64,000 nt of DNA from a virus (Duplodnaviria > Caudoviricetes). Under the pieces are notes generated by a model. The model had not been told where the DNA came from, ran no database searches, and saw only the letters and a program-made list of their open reading frames with translations. The stretch is taken from positions 36,765-100,764 of the IMG/VR virus record IMGVR_UViG_3300028833_000104; one strand, written 5' to 3'. The position numbers and the translations under genes are program-made. Of this stretch, positions 34,510 to 46,522 are shown in pieces (position 1 is the first letter of the stretch; each line of letters starts with the position of its first letter).

Positions 34510-34887
34510 CTATTCTTTATCAAATTCTCAAGGAAATACAATCCATCTATCTTCTTTATAAGCATAATAATAATCAGGTTTAACGATTGATCTTTCATGA
34601 TAATACATTGTAGTAATATAATATTTATTAAATTGTGTATCATTATCAGTATAATGACATAATGTTCTACCACTATCTGCAATATCATCAATTATAATAC
34701 AACCTTCTGTAGGTGCTAATAGAAGAGGAATATTCATTCTATAACTTAATAATGTTGCTAAAATTAATCCACCCCTTGGAATACCATAAACACCAGTAGG
34801 TTTAATTTTATTTGAATTAGCCCAGTTAACTACATTTTCGATATATAGTTCCATATCTTTCCAACTTACTAATACCTTTTCTACCAT
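34510..34887 (-). CDS. Gpt-like type I phosphoribosyltransferase
   Basis: GIPRGG, IIDDIADSGRTL, C-terminal WIVFP[TGA]E matching the conserved FPWE. Confidence 0.88.
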
Positions 34888-34979
34888 AATAATTCCTTTC
34901 AAATTTCCTTTATTTTTAATTTTTATATATTCTATATATAAATTATAATGTGTTAAATAAAAACCGAAATAACAAGAAG

Positions 34980-35501
34980 TTATTCGGTATATGTAACCTT
35001 ATTATGTGATGTTTCTTCAACTGTTATAGCTAAAGACTCTACATCTAATCCTTCGGCATCAAATTTATCATACATAACATGATACCATAATTTTGCCATA
35101 TATTCAGCAGTTGGATTTTCATCCCAAATAAATAATCTACTTCTATTTAAATCAATACCATTTTGTTTGAAATTCTCAATATATGCCTGAGTTAATGGAT
35201 TATCAGGTGTTAAAATCATACTATGGTCATATTGATCAAAATATTCATGAATAATTTTCTTCATTTTCTTAAAATCTATAACCATTCCATTCTCATCTAC
35301 TGCTCTTGTATTTAATGAAACAGTTACAAAATAATTGTGACCATGAATTATTGGAAATATACAATCTCCTAAATCATATCTTTCCTTTTCACCATCATTT
35401 TTTAAATCCCTGTAAACATTACCACAGCATAAACCGCTATATGCACCTCTGTATAAACAGTGAGCAATAGGTAATTCTATATTAGTTTCAATAGTATACA
35501 T
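34980..35501 (-). CDS. queD: 6-carboxytetrahydropterin synthase
   Basis: AHCL, IHGHNY, GMVIDF, DH, NPTAE, VEET. Confidence 0.88.
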   Translation of the reverse strand: MYTIETNIELPIAHCLYRGAYSGLCCGNVYRDLKNDGEKERYDLGDCIFPIIHGHNYFVTVSLNTRAVDENGMVIDFKKMKKIIHEYFDQYDHSMILTPDNPLTQAYIENFKQNGIDLNRSRLFIWDENPTAEYMAKLWYHVMYDKFDAEGLDVESLAITVEETSHNKVTYTE

Positions 35502-35532
35502 AATTTTACCTCTTTTCTTACTTATTATACAA

Positions 35533-36069
35533 TTAATTATTTCCGGTACTTCCGAATCCACCATTTCTAGTTTCATTAGCTTCATCATCATCTGTAATGT
35601 AATATTTAGTAAAAATACCTTGAACTATTCTATCTCCTGCTGCAACTGTTAATGAATCGAATCCAGGAACAAGCTTAACCATTATGTGTCCCTCATTCTT
35701 TTCATTATTATAATAATCGCTGTCAATAATACCGATAGTATTTGCTAAATATGTACCTGATTTGAATCCAACACCACTTCTAGGTACAACTGTTAAAAAC
35801 ATATCACCAGGCATTTGAGCCTTAATACCGAGAGGAATTACAATAGGTTTCTGTGACCAACTAAACATACTGGGTAGTACATTATTAGAGGCAGATAACA
35901 TAAACGACATAGGTGAATAAATATCATAACCAGCGGAATATTTAGAACCTCTTTTTGGTAATTTTATATTATCATATAATTTCTCAATATCGTCTTCTTT
36001 TACTAAAGGAAAGTATTCCTTCATATCTTTAATATATTGTTCTAAACTAACTTTTTCAAATTTAATCAT
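35533..36069 (-). CDS. dut: trimeric dUTPase
   Basis: SAGYD, PRSG, GIIDSDY, GDRIVQ, RNGGFGSTG. Confidence 0.95.
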   Translation of the reverse strand: MIKFEKVSLEQYIKDMKEYFPLVKEDDIEKLYDNIKLPKRGSKYSAGYDIYSPMSFMLSASNNVLPSMFSWSQKPIVIPLGIKAQMPGDMFLTVVPRSGVGFKSGTYLANTIGIIDSDYYNNEKNEGHIMVKLVPGFDSLTVAAGDRIVQGIFTKYYITDDDEANETRNGGFGSTGNN

Positions 36070-36070
36070 C

Positions 36071-36541
36071 TTAGCACTCCTTAATAAAATATATTGCCTT
36101 AAAATAATCTCTGGCTTCCATTAGAACTTTTCCTAATAAATTTTGACCACTGCCATCTCTACCTGTTCCTCAAACATAGTCAAAAGGAGAATCTTCAACA
36201 ATAGTTTGATTACCAGTAGAAAGTAAAATATTTCTTAAATCTTCATTTTGTGAATATTTTTGTATATTTATGGTTAACATAAAATTATATCTAACTGATG
36301 ACCATTTTTCATCATTAAAATCCTTAACCTGTCTACCTAATTTTTTAATCTTCTTAGGTTCAGTTTCAGCCATAATCTTTTCCGCTGTTTCAACATCTTT
36401 AAAATATATTGCTTTTGCATACATAAATGCTTGTTCAGAGCAATTAAATTCTATTCCTTGCCACGTAAATTTACAAGGATGAAAATTACTGAAACAACCA
36501 TATTTTTCTCTTTCTTTCCAAAATCCAATTACATTTTCCAT
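36071..36541 (-). CDS. NADAR (YbiA/DUF1768) family protein
   Basis: FSNF, SEQAFM..KA, LGRQV, LLSTG, SPFDYV[TGA]GTG, GQNLLGKVLMEAR. Confidence 0.9.
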
Positions 36542-37062
36542 TAAAATATTTCACCATTCTCTTCCTTAAATGTATCCTCTGACCATTCTTTTAAATCATA
36601 ACCATTATCTTTAAACCATTTAATTATACAAGGTCTTTCAGCGCACTTACATTTTGAAGATTCATATACTATTAAACAAATAATAGGTTCACCTTCATAA
36701 TTATTTATCTTTTTAACCTCGTTGGAAACTCTTTCAAATTCAACCATTAATTTATTAAAATCTTGTTTACATAAATATTCATAATATTTATCCATAAATT
36801 GACAATGTGGAACTTTATCTAAATAAGGACAAGGTTTAGCCTCGCCACATTTTTCAGTTAATGATTCAAAAACCTCATTAAAACAAGAAAAGGTCTCTTC
36901 CTTAATTCCATTAATAACATTATTATTATCTAAAAATATAGAACCTTTACTAACGTTATTATAAGAAAATATCCAATAAGGTCAAGAACCTGTTGTTGCA
37001 ACAGGTATCATATTAGGCTTAAATAACCTAATATGATAAAAGTCTGTTATAAAAATTCTCAT
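36541..37062 (-). CDS. DUF488-like protein
   Basis: Extends through a TGA to ATG 37062; ICLIVYE...CAER..I.KWF. Confidence 0.55.
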
Positions 37063-37064
37063 AA

Positions 37065-37256
37065 TTAATCTTTATTATGTTCAGGATGATTATGTTGATT
37101 ATATTTCTCCTTAAAGCCTCTTAATGCTAAATCAGTAACAAACTCATCAAATTCATCTACTGTAACACCCCAAGAATTACATAAATTTTGTAAACTATCT
37201 CTTCGACACTCTTTATAAATCATATAAGAGATATTATTAAAAGTTTTTTTATCCAT
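37065..37256 (-). CDS. hypothetical protein
   Basis: Short coupled ORF. Confidence 0.5.
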   Translation of the reverse strand: MDKKTFNNISYMIYKECRRDSLQNLCNSWGVTVDEFDEFVTDLALRGFKEKYNQHNHPEHNKD

Positions 37257-37259
37257 ACT

Positions 37260-38039
37260 TTATTCCTCCACTTTCTTTGATTTCTTTGTAGACTTTTTCC
37301 TAGGTTTTTCCTCTACCTCTTCTTCTTTTTCAACCTCAACATCTTCCTCTAGATCATCTCCGGATTCAGCTTCTGTTTTCTTTTCCTCTAACTTATCTAA
37401 AATATCTTCAGCCTTTTTAATTTCAATACCAAATGCTTTTGATACATTTTTCATATCGGTATTTCTTTCCTCAGTTACTAATAAGTCAATTCCATCATCA
37501 ACACCAATAGTTGCTTCTGATGCAGCATCAATTGCTGTTACAATTCTTTCAAATGGATTCTTTCCTTGTGTTGCAAATAATGCGCCTTTTGCTACATCAC
37601 TACCACTACCAATAGCTAAATATTCTTGAATTTCAGTTACTGATAAATCACACCAAATCATCCAAGCCTTATCCTTATATGCAAATAGGAAAGCATTTGG
37701 CATCATTACACAACCACCCTTAGCACCAGTTTCAGGATCTGTTGGAACGTCGCAAGGAACACCATTAGCATTTAATGTTGCACAAATTGTAGGTGCTAAA
37801 CTTCTAATAACAAATTCAATTGAAGGTTCGGTAACTAAGGCATTTTTATCTATAATATCTGCATATTGGATAATTTGACTTGCTCTTGCTGAACCAACAC
37901 CTCCCATTACTGCACCAGGTAATCCAGGAACCTCCCAAATTTTTGTACTTGAATGATCTTTATTATTACCATAAGATACTTGTTTGTCTGCTCCAAGAAC
38001 AACTCTGTCCTTATCTTTAATTGCAATTACTAAACTCAT
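37260..38039 (-). CDS. proteasome-beta/HslV-like Ntn hydrolase with charged tail
   Basis: MSLVIAI..GADKQ, KIW, YLAIGSG. Confidence 0.75.
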   Translation of the reverse strand: MSLVIAIKDKDRVVLGADKQVSYGNNKDHSSTKIWEVPGLPGAVMGGVGSARASQIIQYADIIDKNALVTEPSIEFVIRSLAPTICATLNANGVPCDVPTDPETGAKGGCVMMPNAFLFAYKDKAWMIWCDLSVTEIQEYLAIGSGSDVAKGALFATQGKNPFERIVTAIDAASEATIGVDDGIDLLVTEERNTDMKNVSKAFGIEIKKAEDILDKLEEKKTEAESGDDLEEDVEVEKEEEVEEKPRKKSTKKSKKVEE

Positions 38040-38106
38040 ATTATATAAAATCTCCTTTTCTGTTCATATATTAATTATACAATTTATACAAAAATAAAAG
38101 GACTTT

Positions 38107-38906
38107 TTAGTCCTTATTTTTATATCTTCTTTTCATTTTTTCGTTATAGTAATAAGTATTTTTTAAATATTCATTATCCGTTTGATTTGCATAAGCTATT
38201 TCATCTTTATTAAAGCAATGACTATCCCAATATGGGTGACTAGGATATACCGCTGAATGCTCTCTAGGAATTCTTGGGTCTAATAAAACACATTCTCTTA
38301 CATTTTCAAAACAAATTCCTTGTTTAGTTAATCCTTCCCAAATACTTGTCCAGAAGCTAACATTATTTGCTAAATATGCATTTTCGGTTAACTTTGCAGC
38401 TTCTGCTTCTCTTCTTGTTACATATCTAAAAACATGTCTTGCATCAAATATTTCTTGATATATTTCTTGAACTTTTTGACAATCTTCTACATCTCCACCT
38501 AAAATAGTGAAATTATATGTAAAGTTATTACAATGTTGAGTAGCTCCGGCATGTTCGGGACTATGAATAATATGCTTTCCTGTTTGTAACTGTAAATAAT
38601 CACAATATCCAATATTAGTTGTTGATTTAATTAGATATATGTCTGCATTAACTTCTTGAATAGCATCATAAACTAAATGGCAGTCTAATTCTCCAACTTT
38701 TTCATCATAAGGTGTTGGAACAGCTACTATTGCTAAATCATAATTAATATTTTTAACTTCCTCTAATGCTAATTCAAAGGTCATTGGAGTTTTATTAACA
38801 AAGGATTGATTTAAATCAATATTTCAGGAAAATATTTCTCTCTTAAAACATTATATTCTAATTGTCCTACAACTCCATAACCAACTATTATTATTCTTTT
38901 ATTCAT
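38107..38906 (-). pseudogene. UDP-glucose/GDP-mannose dehydrogenase-like gene with a frameshift near 38820
   Basis: IVGYGVVG Rossmann N-terminus (ATG 38906, stop 38811) is in a different frame from AVPTP, KST, SPE, AKLTENAYLA, HCFNKD (38107-38784). Confidence 0.7.
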
Positions 38907-38967
38907 TATTTTACCACCTACTATTTATTATAAATATACAATAATTATACAAAATAAAAAGAGGTAA

Positions 38968-39606
38968 TTAAACCTCTTTATTTTTCTTTGTATCTTTTAA
39001 GAATGGGATAGCATCTGATTTTACAATCCAACTTACTCCAAAGAAGAATAAGGCTATTGCTTCAACTATCCAAGTTAAATTATAAGGTGCTCAATCAAAG
39101 AAATTTAATAACATTAATAAGAATGCACCTATCATTCCAATACCACATATTCTATAAATAATATTTTTAATTTTCTTTTGCTTAGTCATTTCACCGTTTG
39201 ATTTAGTAAATAGGAAGAATGACATAAATGCTAAAGTTCCAAAGAATCCAAAAGCACTTACACAATGGAAAATATTACTTATATTTGAAGGTAAATGTAA
39301 TATACCTGTTTGTAAATCAGGATTTGGTAAATATGTCATTGGAAATAAACATATTAATATACCAAATATACCAGCAATAGTTGCTGTAATATCATCTATT
39401 TTTTCATATCCTTTGTAATTAATAAGTAATATTCCTGCACTACCTAAAACTACCATAAAGGTACCAACTGAAAATAAACTATAATAGGTAATAGATATTG
39501 ATTGTGGTCATGATAAAGTTATCAATGCCACTAATCAAGGAAGTAACATTCCTAAAATACCTATCATAATTCTCATACGTTTAGTATCAACTGTTACATT
39601 AGTCAT
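38968..39606 (-). CDS. multi-pass membrane protein (DUF998-like)
   Basis: Hydrophobic helices, SISxTYY and FHCVSA; joined through 3 TGA. Confidence 0.65.
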
Positions 39607-39617
39607 TGTAAATTCTC

Positions 39618-40463
39618 CTAATCATTTAATAAATCTGCTAATCTTGCCGTAGCAGAACGTTCTGTTTTAACTAAATGAACATAACCAAATAAAGCATTAC
39701 CTTTTAATCTTTCAATCATTGTTTCAATACCTTTTGATTTTTCAAAAGCTACTTTATCTCTTTGTCTCAGATCGCAATCCATTCAAACAGCACTACCTTC
39801 TGCGGCTCTTGCAATAATTAATTGAATATGTTCTTTAGTTAAATTTTCAGCCTCAGAACACATAATTAAAGTATCTTCAAAGTTTCTTCCTCTTAAAGAT
39901 TGTAATGGTTCAACTGTTAGTAAACCATCTTCAATCATTCTTTCAACTTCTTTTTCACCACAATGGTCAATAAAAGGTCCTAAAAATGGTTTTAATTTAT
40001 CATTTATTTCACCTGGTAAAGCACCTAAATCTTTAGTATCCTTTACATCAACATTATTTCTAATCCACACAATTCTTTTAAATTTATGTGCTTTTAAGGC
40101 TTCTAATGCCGCCGATACTAAGATAAAAGTTTTACCTGAACCTCAAGTTCCTGTTAATAATTTAACTGTTACATTATCATTTTTCATTAAATCAAATGCA
40201 CATTTTTGTTCATCATTTTTAGGAACTATGGTTTCTTTATCTTTGATTTTAATTGTGTTGTGTTTAAATCGTCTTAAATGATCTCCTTCCTTGCAATATG
40301 AGTCTATCAATTTACCATCAACGTAAACTAATAGGTATTCATTCTCTAATAAAGGGAATGGTTCCTTAGGTTCTTTTTCTACATATAATTCTGCTAATTC
40401 AGCATCTGTAGGGTTTCACACCTTCCAACCTAAATAATTGCTTAATTCTTTTTCATTATTCAC
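39618..40463 (-). CDS. phoH: PhoH-like ATPase
   Basis: GT[W]GSGKT, LGALPG, LRGRNF, EAENL, ERS. Confidence 0.88.
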
Positions 40464-40525
40464 TATTTAAACCCTCTTTACTACTATATTTTTATTATTA
40501 AATTTTACTTAATTTAGTGAAAATT

Positions 40526-43213
40526 TTAGTATGTTATATGTAACTCTCCTGTATGTATCGCTTCTTTAACTTGCTCAGGTAATAATTCACAATATTTACT
40601 AATTATTTGATTTTCTGCATCATTTTCTGCAACTTCTTTTTCTAATAGCTTCTTATAATCATTCTGAATAGAAACTGCATATTCATCCATATACCAAGCA
40701 TCAACATTATAAGCATCTACACTCATTGGAACTACTGGTACATATTTTTTAGCAGATTCAATCATATCTTCACATAGATATTGAGCTGCTAATTCTGAAT
40801 TTTCAACTGGTGCTTCAATTAAAATTTCATCGTGGACACAATTAATTAATTTTGCACCTAAATTCTTTAATCTTTGGTCATTATAAATCATTATTAGCGC
40901 TGATTTAGTTAATGTTGCTGCACCACCTTGTACTCTTGCATTTACACATTGTCTTTCAGCTTGTGAAATAAATCCACCATTATTTATAATTTCAATACCA
41001 TTTTGTAATGCTTCTTGCTTAATTGCTTCATATTGTTTTCTAGACTTAATTTTAGATAATTTATCCTCATAAGTTCTAATTAATTTATCTGAAGTTGTTC
41101 TATTTTCACAACCAATAAATGGATTAAAATCTCCGTTTGCCATATTTTTATCTATATAGCTAATAGTATATTGTGGTAATTGAATATCAGGTAATCTTCT
41201 ACGTCTACCGCCTACGTCTTCAACATATCCAGTTTTTCTACAATGCTCAATTGAAGCATCAATCCATTCCTTTACTTTAGGGAATGCTTTAAAGAACTTA
41301 TCAATAATTTCTTGGGCTTCTTCCCTTGTTTTACCAATTTGCTCACCAACTGATGCGGCACCTCTACCATAAAGAAGCCCTAACAATATTGATTTCGCGG
41401 CTGTTCTTCTTTCCTTGCCGGCTTTATTTAAATGTGTTTTATAACCACATGTTACTTCTTGACCTTCAAATACAATCTTTGTTCCTTCAGGATAGAATTC
41501 CAAACAATCTTCATAAGGAACATTAAATGATTGAGAAGCAATAACTGAATATAGGTCTTGTTTATTTAAATATGCATTTAACATATTTTCATCTTGACTA
41601 TAGTGAGCTACCAATCTTGGTTCTTGTGCACTGAAATCCGCTCCCACTATACGATATCCTGGTGTTCCTCTAAATAATAATCTAATACTTTTTTCATGGG
41701 ATGGAATATTCTGGAAATTAACTGGGTCGGATGAACTTAATCTACCAGTTTGAGCACCATATTGATTAAAATGTGTTCTTACTCTTCCATCAGGCCATCT
41801 CTTTGCTAATTCAGGAATATTATCAATATATGTACTTAATAATTTGACACACTCACGTCTATCCAATATCAATTCACATAAATTTCTAAGAACTGAATTA
41901 TCTGATTTCTTTGCTGCATCTACAATTGCTTTTAATTCTTCTTCACCTGTTGCCGTAGGTTTTTCTTCATTAACAATAGGTGCTTTTAGTATATCATATA
42001 ATAATATTCCAAATTGTGTTGGAGATGCTAAACTTTCAGGTGTTAATTCCTCATCTAATTGTTCAATTTTAGATTTACTTAATTTATATCAAACACCATT
42101 TTCGTATTTCCATAAACTATCATCATAATTAGCACTTTTAACTGCATTAGCCCTCTGCTTCTCAGACTGCTTTTTCATCTGTTTATTTAAGGCATTTGGA
42201 GTTAATTTCCATTCATTAATAATATCCTTTACTGAATATAATAACTCTGTTATACTAGAGTCAATTTTAGTTAATCTATCATGGAATTTCTTACTTAATC
42301 TTTGTGCATATTCTTGATCTACATACATACCATTTAATTCCATTTCTGCTAAAACTGGAATTAAAGGGGTTTCAGTTTGTTCTGATAAATTTTCAATTGC
42401 CTCAAAATCTTTTGAAATTAAAATAGGTAATTGATACTCATTATATAATCTATAAGTCATTAATGAGTCTGTTGCGGCATATAGTGCAAATATTTCAGGA
42501 TCTACATCTGCATATTCAACACCCTCAAATAAGTGATCAATAGAATATTTTTCTTGATCTGGATCTATTTTAGAGATATATTGTTGCTTTAATCCGGCAC
42601 TAAATTCATTTTCATCAATTAGCTTTGCGGCAATCATAGTATCATAACTAATTGGAACATATATTCCACAAGTACAATCTATAACTTCACGGTCGAATTT
42701 ACCATTATGAAATATATTATAAGTTTTAGCATTATTTAATAATTGTAAACCTTCTGCAATATCTCCTTCATTTAATTGTCAATCTAATCTTTCACCTGTT
42801 TGTCAATTTCTATGATTAACAGGAATATATGCTTGTTTAGCACCTGGATAATATAAACATAAGCCCATTAGTTTACAAGTAATAGGATCTAATGAATTAT
42901 TGGTTTCCGTATCTATTGCAATTTTACCAATATTAATTGCACCTTGAATGTAATTGAAATATGATTGCTTGTCCTTAATTACAATAACATTTTGTTTTTG
43001 CTTACCTAAAACTCTTCCTACTTCTTCATTTATAAGATTTAATTTATCTCCTAAGGAAACAGTTTTACTTTTAATTGTTTTTTGAACAGTTTCTTTTGCC
43101 TCTTTAACTTTCTTAGGCTTAGCAATTTTTTCTAATGTTTTCTTAGTTTTTTCCTTTTTCTTTACGACAATTTCTTCCTCATCATCACCTCAAAGATTTT
43201 CTAAATCTGACAT
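40526..43213 (-). CDS. polA: family A DNA polymerase with 3'-5' exonuclease
   Basis: IAIDTET, TGRLSSSDPVNFQNIP, DFSAQEPR, KSILLGLLYG, VHDEI; 895 aa after TGA readthrough. Confidence 0.95.
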
Positions 43214-43309
43214 TTGAACGCTCCTTTCATATATTAATTTATACAATTATTGTAAAATAAAAACAGAGATGGTGTCTCCGTTTTAAACATCTTAACTAAT
43301 ATTTTATTA

Positions 43310-44182
43310 TTAGAACTTATATCTTGTTACGCCACTATTTGTAGTTGTTTGAGTAGGTTGACTTTGTGGTGTAGTATTTACTGTTGGTTGAACTGTTGGT
43401 TGAGGTTGAACATTAGTTGTTTGTCCATATTGTGGATTATAATATTGATTTACAACTTGCTCAGCTGTTTTAACTTCCTGATTTTGTAGACCTAATGCTG
43501 CGTCAACCTTTGGATCTTCTTCAACCTTAAACTCTTGATGCTTTTCTGCCTCAGGTTGTGGATTAACAATTGCATTATATTGATCAATGCTCTTAGATAA
43601 AATTCTAGTTGCATCGATACCTTCTAAACAACTGAAATCCTTTTGTGAATAAATAGGTTTAGAATATACTGGACTTTGCATATTTACAGGCATAATATTA
43701 TATCTTGTTTCTGTACCCTTACCAGTCTTAATAATCTTAAATAAGTAATTACTTAAATCACCATACTCATTCATTAAATTAGTTAAGTCAATATCTGCAA
43801 AACCGGAAGGTCTTTCCCAAATAGTTGCACATAATTCAGCACCATCTGCTGTTGGATTATAAACTACGAACTTTGCATAAAACTTTAACTTTCTCTTCTT
43901 TACTGCCTCATCTGTTGAATTACATAATGGACATTTGTCATCTCCAGTACATCTTACTGACTTACCAAATTTATCGCCAGGGAATACACCAATTACATTG
44001 TGAACTGTTTCAAATGTAATATCTGACTTAGATGTGTATGGGAATCTTACTACTACTTGATCTCCATCCTTTGCTAATCACTCATTCATGAAATGAACGG
44101 GTTTTCTTTCTCCTTGATTGTTGCCAGATGCTTGTCTAGCTGCTTGTTGCTTCTTGTAATCTTCATAACTTACATTAGCCAT
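43310..44182 (-). CDS. gp32-like single-stranded DNA-binding protein
   Basis: LAKDGDQVVVRF, CTGDDKCPLC, KTGKGTETRY, disordered C-tail; between primase and polA. Confidence 0.7.
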
Positions 44183-44259
44183 TTTTTTAATCTCCTTTTT
44201 CTTTCTCTTTTTATTTTAAGCCTACTATGAGGTCTTATTATATTATACAATCTTTTTAT

Positions 44260-45243
44260 TTAAAATTTTGTTCGAAGTGATTCAGTTATTAAGGTTTCCA
44301 CTTGGTCATAACTTAAATCATTAATATCTTTTCCTCTAGGAATTTTTATAATATTTACCATAACATCTTTACGTATATTTGATAAGAATTCTCTTATACC
44401 TTTATCTCCTGCGGCATCTCCATCAAAACATAAATTATAAACTCTTATATTAGATTTATTAAGTATCTCATATTGATAATCACTACCAGTTCCAAATAAT
44501 GCAACAGCTGGTAATTGATGAGTTCATAAAGTTAATGCATTTATTTGACTTTCACATATATAACATTCTTGAATATTATGTTTTAATAAATAATATAATA
44601 AATATACAGGTTTTTGTTTCTCTTTATCAATTATAAATGTTTTATCTTTAACACTTCTTCTAGTTAACATCCATAATTTACCTTTTTCATCTCTTACTGG
44701 AAATACTAAGCATTCTGTTTTTGGATCATATTTAATTTCAAATTCCTTAATAACTTCTTTTGTTAATTTTCTTTGAAGCATATAAGGATGGAAATCTTCA
44801 AAATTATTTAATATGGATTCATTTAAATACTTCTTCTTTTCCTTATTTAATATTATTGGTTCTAATTCAATAATTTCACCAGATTCAACTGTGGCATAGT
44901 TTTCTAATAACCATTCCTCAGCTCATTCATAACTTTTATCAAAACATTCGGATACAAATTTAATAAAATCGCCCTTAAATCCACATGCAAAACAGTTAAC
45001 TGTTCCATAAGCAACTATTAATTCTCCACGAGAATCTTTTAATGTTGGTCCAATATATACAGTACAGTCTGCATCCTTTTCCAAACCATTTTTATGATGT
45101 GGGCAAGTTAATCTTATATTATTATCCTTTGGTTTATTTATTTCTCTTAGCTTACCATTATGAAGTTGTCTTTTAATATCGTGAATTATATCCAATAAAG
45201 GGGTATAAATACGCTTTCTTCGAACTTCAATATATTCATTCAT
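44260..45243 (-). CDS. DnaG-type DNA primase (Zn finger plus TOPRIM)
   Basis: CPHH...CFAC, FPVRD, ICESQINAL, FDGDAAG, KDIND; joined through 2 TGA. Confidence 0.9.
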
Positions 45244-46511
45244 TAGAATACCTCATCATCGGAATATCCGGTATTTTCTACCTCTGCAGTGGTATTAGAA
45301 TCATTGCCTTCCGCCTCAGGAATGTATTGAAAATTACCTGTATTAAGATCTACCTTATAAGATATAACCTTACCATTTTCAGTATCTCTTGATTTTACTA
45401 AATGTAATTTAAATAAATCTGCTTTTCTTTCAATAAATATAATTACAGTAGCATCTTGTGCAATTTTATCAGATTGTGCTAATTGAGTTGTATCAAAATC
45501 TTTACCTTCTACTGTACTTCTATTTTGCTGACATACACTTATAATTGGAATTTGCTTTATTGTTTGTAACAATTTTAAATCTGTTGAAATATTTGAGGCT
45601 CTTTCAACTGGATTTTTAGCTTTTCTATCATCTGCTAATAATGAATGTTGGTCAATATATAATACATCTAAATTATACTTTTCAACAAATGCTCTTAATG
45701 CCGACACACCTGCCGCACCGTTTATATCCTTTGGTGTTAATACATATAATGTTAAATTCTTTTCCTTCATTTCATCTAGGAATCTTTTATATTCATTCTT
45801 AACACTTGCACCACCGTGAATTAATGCACCATTAGATAAATGACCTATTAAAGTATCTGCTCTATAACCAACTTTATTTGCAGACATTTCACCAGAATAA
45901 ATACCAACTCGTTTACCCTGTAATGCAGCTGCTGTTGCTGATTTAATTAAGAACCAAGATTTACCTATACCTGTTCTAGCTACAATAGTTGCTAATTCTT
46001 CTTTAACATCTCATCCACCAATAACATTATCTATTTCTTTAAAGCCTGTTGTTATGAAATACTTATCATAATTTTCCATTCTTTCTAGATAAGCATCATA
46101 TCTACTAGTATCCTCAAATAAGTTGACACAATTTAAACTAATTGCTTGTGATGACTTTTCAGCTGTTTCTTTAACTAACATTAATGCCTTTTCAATAGCA
46201 TCTTTATCACCACTCATTAATAATGGTCTTAATTGATTATAATTATTAGTTAAATCTCTTCTAATCTTATCATTATATAATTCTTCTAATAAATAAGTTG
46301 TTGGTTCATTTACCTCAATAACGTCAAAATCTTCAAATTTAGAAGTAAATGTTTCAATATCAGGCAAACAACCATATTTATCTAAATGTTCCTTTATAAA
46401 ATAGAATTCAGGAATATACTCAGGGAAATAATCTGCATTTAAATTATTTAATGTAATTATTGATGAATCTTTATCCTGTAATATCTTATTTAATGTTTGT
46501 AACTGTACCAT
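45243..46511 (-). CDS. DnaB-like replicative helicase
   Basis: TGFKEID.VIGG[W], ARTGIGKS, SGEM, YIDQ, QQNR, IAQDA, KSRD. Confidence 0.92.
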
Positions 46512-46522
46512 TTAATCACTCC

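Noticed and set aside
28139-35501. Queuosine tRNA-modification pathway
   Set aside because: No QueA, QueF or QueG/H, and the TGT-fold protein has DpdA-type motifs, so DNA is the more likely target.
40526-46511. Introns, inteins or pseudogenes explaining the split polA, primase, helicase, nrdD and ligase
   Set aside because: All fragments are in the same frame and separated only by single TGA codons; the joined lengths are normal.
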